Below, one piece after another: positions 49,394 through 57,112 of a stretch of 57,112 bases of DNA. The first letter of the stretch is position 1, and every line of letters begins with the position of its first letter. The notes beneath the pieces are model-generated. The model ran no database searches and was not told where the DNA came from. It worked only from the letters and a program-made list of their open reading frames with translations. Source of the DNA: Neolecta irregularis DAH-3 (taxonomy: Eukaryota); contig LXFE01000149.1 of NCBI GenBank assembly GCA_001929475.1, positions 1-57,112 of the forward strand, written 5' to 3'. A program made the translations under genes and the position numbers.

Positions 49394-52300
49394 ATGGATC
49401 TGCGGTCAAGCAAAAGACAAAAGTTAACTCATCCTCAGCAACCATTTTCATCCACCTCACCAGATTCAACCCCAGCTTCCTCGAGACTAACCCACCCCAT
49501 TTCTCCACAAGCTCAAGGTCAAGCTCGACGGAGGTTTGTGGTTCTTCTTCAAATACTTTGGGCTTTGCTGAATAGCAGTAGATCTTTTAAGAGCGATTCA
49601 ATTGATCAGCTCCAAGAGCAAGGGAAACCAGTCAAGAAACGCAAGCTCGAAACCTCTAGAGACCTTCTATCTATCTCCCATCAACGAGAATCTCGAACCT
49701 TAGGCTCAACTGAGCTTTCTGAAGAATCATCTTCAAAATATAGCCTTAGACCTCGAAGACCTAAGACCTCATCCACTCCGTTATTTGAAAGTAAAATTCA
49801 ACACATATCGAGGACTAGAAATACTTGCAAAATGCCAAGGTTACAACAATTATTATTCGTGTGTTAACTGCTTCAGGTCAGAGAAGCCCTCAAGCTCACT
49901 TCGCTCAAAAGGGTCCAACAAGCGCTCTGGTCAAATGTCGATCGAATCGCAAGGTATGACTCAATGAATATATGTGGATTGAAGTCTAGAAACATCCATC
50001 GAACGAGAAATATTTGAAGAACGTGCGACTGAGGACCGAAGTGAACATGAAGATGAAACTATGGAAGAATTAGGTGAAGATGCTATACCAGATCGCGGAA
50101 TGAGTCTGGGAAGTTTCCTTCGAAGAAATCCTTCTATCTTGTTCGGTCGTAGTGCTTTCCTAGGTGGCATGACAAGTAGTGTCTCTCCCAGCAGATTCAA
50201 GATTATCCTAGCTAACCTCCGCGAGAAGAACGATCAAACTATCCGGCTTGTTGCTTTGCAAGAATTGGCTGAAATTCTTGCGGTTTCAACTGAGGAGTCT
50301 CTCGCAGGTTATTTTTCGGCAGAGCCCTACATCCACGAACTAGTCGATATCATGCGGGGTTCTGATAACCCGATGTTCGATAATCCAGAACTTATGGTTT
50401 TGGCATGTCGATGCCTAGCAAACCTTATGGAAGCTTTGCCAGCAACAATTGGCCAGATTGTTTATGGAGGAGCTGTCCCAGTTCTGTGTCAGAAGCTACT
50501 TGAAATACAGTACATCGATGTAGCTGAACAGGCTCTTACTGTATGCCTTATCGCTCGACATGTTATTGACTGGAGCAGACTCTCGAAAAGATTTCAGTCG
50601 ACTATCCTTCGTCTATTGTTCGTGAAGGTGGACTCGCCGCCTGTTTGTCCTTTCTCGATTTCTTTGCAACAAACGTGCAACGGACAGCTGTCATAACCGC
50701 CGCGAATTGTTGCACAAATATCCCATACAACTGCTTCTCTATTGTGCGTGATGTAATTCCAATTCTTCAACAAGTGGTTGCTGGGAGTGATCATAAAGTC
50801 GTAGAACAAGGTTGCATTGCGATAGCGCGAATAGTCAACAGTTTTAAAGCTCATCCGGCAAAACTCGAGGTTTGCGCATATCAAACACCCGCTGATTGTC
50901 GACAGGAACTTCTGCAGCCAAGTTTATTAGAGGTTATCATTGACATGCTACTTCCTTCAAAAAACAACAATCTCAGTCCGAGTATTCATACGCAGTTTCT
51001 TCGCCTTTTAGGGACGATTTCAAGGACGTCTTTCAAATTACGGACACAGTTACATAAGATGAATGTTGGAGCGAAGCTTTATCAAATCATGAGTGGCGTT
51101 GCCTTTGACTTGGAAATAGTGCAGAATGAAGAAAGACGAATGGTCATTCTTCAAAGCATGATTCACCGAAACTACGATCAAATTTTTGAAACATTGAGCA
51201 CCATATACGAATTACTTCCTGTCGTACCAAATGAAGGTGAGTGTATTTTTTGTGTATTGAAGATAACTTTTTAGTTCCCTCGATTTTACCGTCCCCTGAC
51301 ACTTCGGACAAACCGACGAGTGAAGACATTGCGGAAAAGCAACAAAAATTCATGGAAGAATGTCGGGGCGAGCTTTTGTCTTTCGCAATTATTCTAGCAC
51401 CTGTCCTCGTTGATTTATATTCCAGCACTGTCAATATCATCGTTCGGCAAAGAGTGTTAACATCACTTCTGCGTATTGTTAGCAATTTCCACAAATCCAT
51501 GCTTGAGGAGACTCTAAAGGTATGAAAACGTATGATTCGACATTCCCATATGTTAGGACATTCCCTTTGCTCCCTTCCTCGCCTCTATTCTATCTCAGAA
51601 AGACAATAACATTCTTGTTATGGATGCCTTGCATTTATCGCATGATCTGCTTCTAAAGTTGCCCGATATTTATCTCGATTTATGTGAACGAGAAGGGGTT
51701 ATCATGGAGGTTCAGAAACTTGCGAGACTGGTGAGTGAAAGGCCCAATACTTCAAGTGATACACCTGAAAATTCAAAGGCATACAATATACTGGCATTAA
51801 AACTGACTGTAGCTCGAAACAGAGCCTGATATTCAAGAAGTTGAAGAAGTTGCAATTGAAATTTCTGGCTCTCTTGGCTGCGATGAAGACCATGGGGTTA
51901 ACGGAGATGACGATGAAGACGACGAGGACGATGTGGATGAGGAAGAGAGTGAAATGGATGATGAAGTAGCAGTGCGACATCTTACTACTACAACCCAAGA
52001 TGGCACAGATGATATGCGACAAAAGGCAACTCAAATTTTACTGACTTATGAGAAAGCTCGCAAGGAGCATGAGTCCTCGGCCCAAGCTTCAACTAATCTC
52101 AAGCAACTTGAAATTTTACGTGATGCTCTAGAGAAAGGAGTTGATTTCGATGAAAACTTTGCAAATCTCTCCACGTTTTTCGATTCAAATCCTTCGAAAG
52201 TATCTAGCTATGAACTCTTGAATTCCGGGATCCTTACGGCTCTATATTCTGCTTTAACTTCTGGTAGATCTTAACCAATACTGTATTGATAAGTTAGATC

Positions 52301-55068
52301 ATCCATCTCGCATCACAATCCGAGAAGCCTTTTGTCGGAGGTTCATGACGCCTTTTTCCGGCTCATCGCAGCAAAGTGCTCTTTCTGTCCTAGTGCGAAA
52401 ACTTCATGAGCTCCTTGGCCGGAGCGAAAAGTTTGAGGTTTATACCGCAGGGGACGATTATATGGATGGTAAGAAGCCACTATGACAACTTCAGTTAATT
52501 CATTGTAGAGAAACGGCGTAATTCAACCTCGGCCTTGTCCAGGCAAATGAAATTGAGACTGATTCCGGAAGGCTCCACAGACGTCGGAAACATTTCCGGC
52601 ATGATCATATCAATTCACGCAATCGCCACCTTTAAAACCCTTGACGACTTTCTGAGGTCACGAATATTCAGTTCAGATATATCAAGTAGTACCCCCAGAC
52701 GATCCCTATCCAGTCTACTTGGAGCCAGATCGATTGTACCCGAAAGTATTCAAACGAAAAGCAACGTGCGAACTGGAAAGGATCACAATACGAAAGAGAC
52801 GCCCTTGCAACGACCTCGGTCGATATCCAAGGGCGATGATTCGCATTCAGAAGATGGGGAAGAATCAATTAATGTCGAAGAAACTCCTGGAGGGAGGTTG
52901 GTGACCAAACGCTCGGATGGAACGCAGCTACTGACACCTCTGTCTACTCCTCGTCAAGGAACGCCTTCGCAAATTCAGAATATCGAAGCCTCCCGAAAAC
53001 ATAATACATATGCTGCAGCACTGCAAAGTCCCCCTGAGAACTGGCACTTTGAATTTTGGATTGGCAACAATGTCGTTGCAAAAGACAGCACTATATACGG
53101 TGCTATTAGCAAGCACTGTGAAGTTTTTGCTCTGCAGTCTTTGAGTCAGACGGTGCAGACCATCAAATTTCGCAAGGTTTCTGGACCGGATTCTCATATC
53201 TCTGGTACCTCTTAGTAGCTGCATTTAGACTCACGATTGTAGTGCCACGGCCATCAGCTGTAGATACTCTGGCCCAGGATATTAACAGTCGTCTTGCGAA
53301 ATATGGTAATATCGGAATTATCATGCAACTTCTAGCTGCCTTGAACGATATCAATTCGACTTGGCAGGAGTTTTTCCATGGTAATACGCATTTGCTTTCT
53401 ATCAAGTCAATTCCATCGAACGTTTTTATTAATCCCAAAATTACGGCCAAATTTAGTCGTCAATTGGATGAACCATTGATTATTGCCAGGTAATCAACCA
53501 TTTTGAGGCAAGTTCTCTAAATGTGTAGTTCGTCTTTGCCTTCCTGGTGCGAAGACTTGGCGTTATATTGTCCCTTCTTGCTTCCATTCGAGACTCGGTA
53601 TCTCTTCTTGAAATCGACGGCGTTTGGATATTCGAGGTCCCTTACCCGATGGCAATCACAACAAAATCGGGATACCTCGCGCCGGGGTCGAGTTGATGAC
53701 TCCAAGACTCTCATCTCTCGCACCCCTAGACAGAAGGTTAGAATGCAGAGGGACAGAATGCTCGATTCTGCTCTCAAGATTTTCAGAACTTATGGATCTC
53801 CGGCTGCCATACTTGAGGTGGAATATTACGATGAAGTTGGTACTGGCCTCGGGCCAACTCTTGAATTCTATGCAACAGTCTCTAAGGAATTCTCCCAAAA
53901 GTCATTATCATTGTGGAGAGGATCGAATTCTTCTGCTGGCGGTAGTTATGTGCACACATCCGAAGGACTATTCCCTAACCCAATCAATGTACTGACTGCA
54001 AAACCTGAAACCCTTGGGTATATCTTTCCTTCGTTGACGAATCTCTTATCTGAAGGTCTCTCTTAGCCCACTTCAAGGGTCTTGGACAGTTCATTGCCAG
54101 GTCGATGCTCGATTCCAGGATCATTGACATTCACTTCAATCCACTGTTTTTACGACTTGCACAGACTCCTGCATCTGTTATAAAGTCAGTGGGACTAATT
54201 AGACACGTCGATAAAGATCTCTTCCGTGCTCTTTGTCTCTTGGATACATATATCGCGGAAAAGAAGCGAATCAAGATGCTAAACATCGATGCAGTGTCAA
54301 AAGGAAGTTTACTGGACCAAGTTCAAATAGACGATATTTCCCTTGAGGATTTGTGTCTTCATTTTACCTTGCCTGGATTCTCTGACGTAGAGCTTATGGT
54401 ATGTCGTCTGCCCGCAACCTTTTAGACTGACATGCAGCCGAATGGTGCTGAAACTGCGGTTACAATCGACAATGTTGAAAGTTTCGTACATGCTGTTATT
54501 GATTTCACTGTGGGATCTGGAATCCAGCGACAGATCGATGCCTTTAGGGAAGGCTTTTCATCCATATTTTCCTTCGATTCGTTGCGGACATTATTTGTTG
54601 ATGAATTGATCATGCTGTTTGGTCAAGCCGATGAGGATTGGTCTATTGAAAGTAATTGTCAGTCTTTATCTGTCCTCATTTATCTAGCATTAACGACCTC
54701 CATCAAGGCTGACCACGGGTTCCATTCTGAAAGCGTAACGATTAAGCGTCTCATAGAGGTCATGTCGGAGTTTGATACATCTCAGCGACGGCAGTTACTA
54801 CAATTCTTGACTGGAAGTCCTCGATTACCAATTGGAGGTACTTTGTGCACTCATTCTTTACTGATGGAAAGGATTTCAAAGTTTGTCTCCGCCCCTTACC
54901 GTTGTCTGTAAGCCTAACGAACCTCCGCTTACCTCGGATGACTACCTTCCAAGCGTGATGACTTGTGTGAATTACCTCAAGTTGCCGGATTATTCCAGCA
55001 AGGACGTTCTCAGAAAGCGAATACTTTCAGCGGCTGTGGAAGGTCGGGAATCTTTTCATTTGTCCTAG
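49394..55068 (+). CDS. UFD4: HECT E3 ubiquitin ligase Ufd4/TRIP12
   Basis: ARM region [86 protein letters not shown]; ~16 introns. Confidence 0.95.
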
Positions 55069-55563
55069 GGTCATTTTCGCGTGCATGGGTTTAAATTTTT
55101 TGTATTCATTTTCACATATATACGCATACATCGTTTAGCCATTAGTTTATAGATTGAACACGTGATGAAGAAATTGCATAATCAGCGACTTTAATGCAGC
55201 ATTGATTAAAAGGCTGATCAAAAATAACGGCACAAGGCATTAGACCAATACCCCAACTTGTTAAAGCATGAACTAGTCCCAACTAGTCCCAAGGAGATAC
55301 ACAATAGGATCACAAAACCTTTCCAGGACAGTCTACGAGGTTTTTAATATCAATGTCGGTAAATAAGACATCCTCATGTCATGATGATTAGTTTATTGTT
55401 AGAGATATATTGAAGCATGGACGAATTTAATCCCGGGTTGCTTTGATATTGAATAGAATTGGTGGATGATAGATTGATGGATAGTTGATGGATAAATATT
55501 AATATGGTGTATCGCGTTTTGTATCTAGAAGTGGGGTATCTTGTTTCCTGTTTCTTTGATCGA

Positions 55564-56577
55564 ATGAGCACCGATAAACTCGAGGCAGCGTTTTCGTTTC
55601 TTCTCGCGTCTCCTCCGGGAGAAGTGAACGATGTGTTCAACGGTACAGCGAATGCGGAGAGAGTATTTATTTCTAGATATTCGGGTTCTAGTGAACGATG
55701 ACGATATGCTCACCAAGGGCATAACTCCCGCCTTGGAGCAGTACAACAAAAGCCAGTTCATTACGGTCAAGCTACCGGGGTCTGAAGAGGAGGTTTGATG
55801 CTGTTTGATGTTATTTACGGAGAGGTGATTATCAGCGATTCCAACTACTTGGCGGATGAAGAGCGATTTGTGGACAGCAAGTCACAACGCTCGTTTTCTT
55901 TTGATCATCTCAAATTGGTACTGTTTGCAGAGACTGTTCTCATTTGAAGAAAGCCAGGGACGTGCAGGATTACGAGATTCCGGAGGAACACTGCGAGTTT
56001 ACGCATGGGGGTGTTGTACTGCCGAACTGACGGGATAGCAAACGATTGCTGGAGGCAGCGGAAGGGTATGTGAGTGAGCATTACCCGTCACAGCCAGCCT
56101 ACGCTGTGCACCCGCCGACGAGGGCTGGCGACAAGTACACGCTACTCATAGTGGGGAATAAATACAGCCCGTCTAATTTCTGGTATGCGGGGGAGGGAAG
56201 CACGGCTGACGGGCAGGAACGGGCGGTGGCGATCGCGGTACCTGGTTTCTGTTGAGTCTGGGGCGATTCAGGGGACGATGCAGGTGGACGTGCACTACTA
56301 CGAGGACGGGAATGTGCAGCTGGCGTCTTGCAAGGAGGTGATGCTTGAGGCCGGGGCGGGGGAGGGAGAGGGAGAGGCGGCGGCGAGGGCGGAGGCGGTG
56401 GTGAAGGCGGTGTGCAAGGCGGAGAGGGCATACCAGGCGGCGCTGAACGGGGCGTTTGGGGGGCTGAGCGAGGGGGCGTTCAAGGGGCTGCGGCGGCAAC
56501 TTCCTGTTACGCGGCAGAAGATTGAGTGGGACAAGGTGGGCAGCGGGTTGGGCAAGGCGCTGCGGGAGGGCATATAG
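55564..56577 (+). CDS. CAP1: F-actin capping protein alpha subunit
   Basis: SPPGEVNDVFND, NKYSPSNFW|NGRWRS, VHYYEDGNVQL, FKGLRRQLPVTRQKIEWDKV; 5 introns. Confidence 0.95.
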
Positions 56578-56652
56578 GGAGGGAGAGAGGGAGGGATATA
56601 GGGAGGGAGAGAGGGAGAGCATAGGGAGGGCATAGGGAGAGCATATAGGGAG
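56565..56652 (+). repeat. Purine-rich repeats derived from the CAP1 stop region (GGGAGGGCATATAG-like)
   Basis: Repeated gggag(g/a)gca(ta)tagggag units. Confidence 0.75.
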
Positions 56653-56669
56653 ACAGACAGAGACAGACA

Positions 56670-56790
56670 CAGGAATCAACTAACCTCCAGCAACCAGACA
56701 GATAATCAACTAACCTCCAGCAACCAGACAGGAATCAACTAACCTCCAACAACCAGACAGACAGGAATCAACTAACCCTCCAGCAAAACC
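56670..56790 (-). repeat. ~29-33 nt tandem repeat x4 containing the Sft1 stop region
   Basis: Unit aatcaactaacctccagcaaccagacag repeated; the rightmost copy encodes ..WRVS*. Confidence 0.85.
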
Positions 56791-57112
56791 ACAGGAGGCC
56801 GAGCCCGGCGAGGATGGCGGCGACCAGGGCGGCGGTGCGGGAGCGGGCGGTGGACGATCGCGCGAGGCGGGCCGCAGTGCCGCGCACCGACTGGCGCAGG
56901 CCCGCGAGCAGGTCGGCCTGCGCTGGTCAGCACGGCGGAGCAGGCCGCATACGCCCGAGTGCAGCAGCGCGTGGTCGCCCGCCTGGCGCCGGATGTCCTG
57001 CGTGACGGTGTGCAGCGAGCGCACTTTGGCTGCCAGCGCGTCCAGCGACTCTGCGCCTGTCAGCCCCGCCGCGACCGCAGAGTACCGTCGTTGCGGCGCT
57101 CCATGCGATCGG
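56768..57112 (-). CDS. SFT1: Golgi Qc-SNARE Sft1/Bet1-like (5' end at or beyond the window edge)
   Basis: DRMERRND|ESLDALAAKVRSLHTVTQDI..|ADLLAGLRQSVRGTAARL + C-terminal TM AALVAAILAGLGLLWFCW; two 35-nt GT-AG introns. Confidence 0.7.

Noticed and set aside
55162-55217. Box C/D snoRNA (GTGATGA..CTGA)
   Set aside because: Short, weak terminal stem, and no rRNA-complementary guide that I could recognise
55997-56038. Additional GC-AG intron in CAP1 (and one in VPS9 at ~338-380)
   Set aside because: An in-phase GT donor is equally possible, so these were not counted
56670-56790. ~30-nt repeats as a CRISPR array
   Set aside because: No unique spacers, eukaryotic context, no cas genes; simple tandem duplication
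135-57112. Stop-codon reassignment or A-to-I editing to explain the fragmented ORFs
   Set aside because: The in-frame stops and frameshifts I examined in conserved genes are all removed by short introns with branch-point motifs

Overview
Extremely compact, intron-rich fungal chromosome segment with about 32 protein-coding genes in 57 kb. Gene content and style suggest an early-diverging ascomycete (Taphrinomycotina-like, e.g. Neolecta); this is an inference, not an identification. Most genes are housekeeping: Vps9, Atg15, TMEM135-like, Kar5/Tht1, CDK11-like kinase, NDUFAF7, Paf1, a stand-alone ABC ATPase, PPR protein, CENP-P-like, Ilv5, Rad4, Coq5, Dre4-like, Pre9, Pck1, STK32/Ppk33, Ubc8, Ecm31, Bye1-like, Cue2, Slm1-like, Sup35, Yrb30, copper-fist TF, Zds1, arrestin, Icp55, ataxin-10, Ufd4, Cap1 and Sft1 (partial). 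The most striking signal is the splicing code. By manual reconstruction there are roughly 150 introns, nearly all 31-45 nt, with very degenerate donors. At least 11 are GC-AG introns, AAG/GAG acceptors are frequent, and two introns in conserved motifs appear to end in non-AG dinucleotides (GT..GG in CDK11, GT..TG in the ABC ATPase) at the usual 5-6 nt from the branch point. This suggests 3' splice sites set by branch-point distance. Other observations: a decayed Ty3/gypsy gag relic upstream of KAR5, overlapping and near-abutting genes, GC-rich repeat-bearing window ends, and shared intergenic motifs. Gene models and intron counts were derived by hand from protein-motif continuity and need RNA-seq confirmation.
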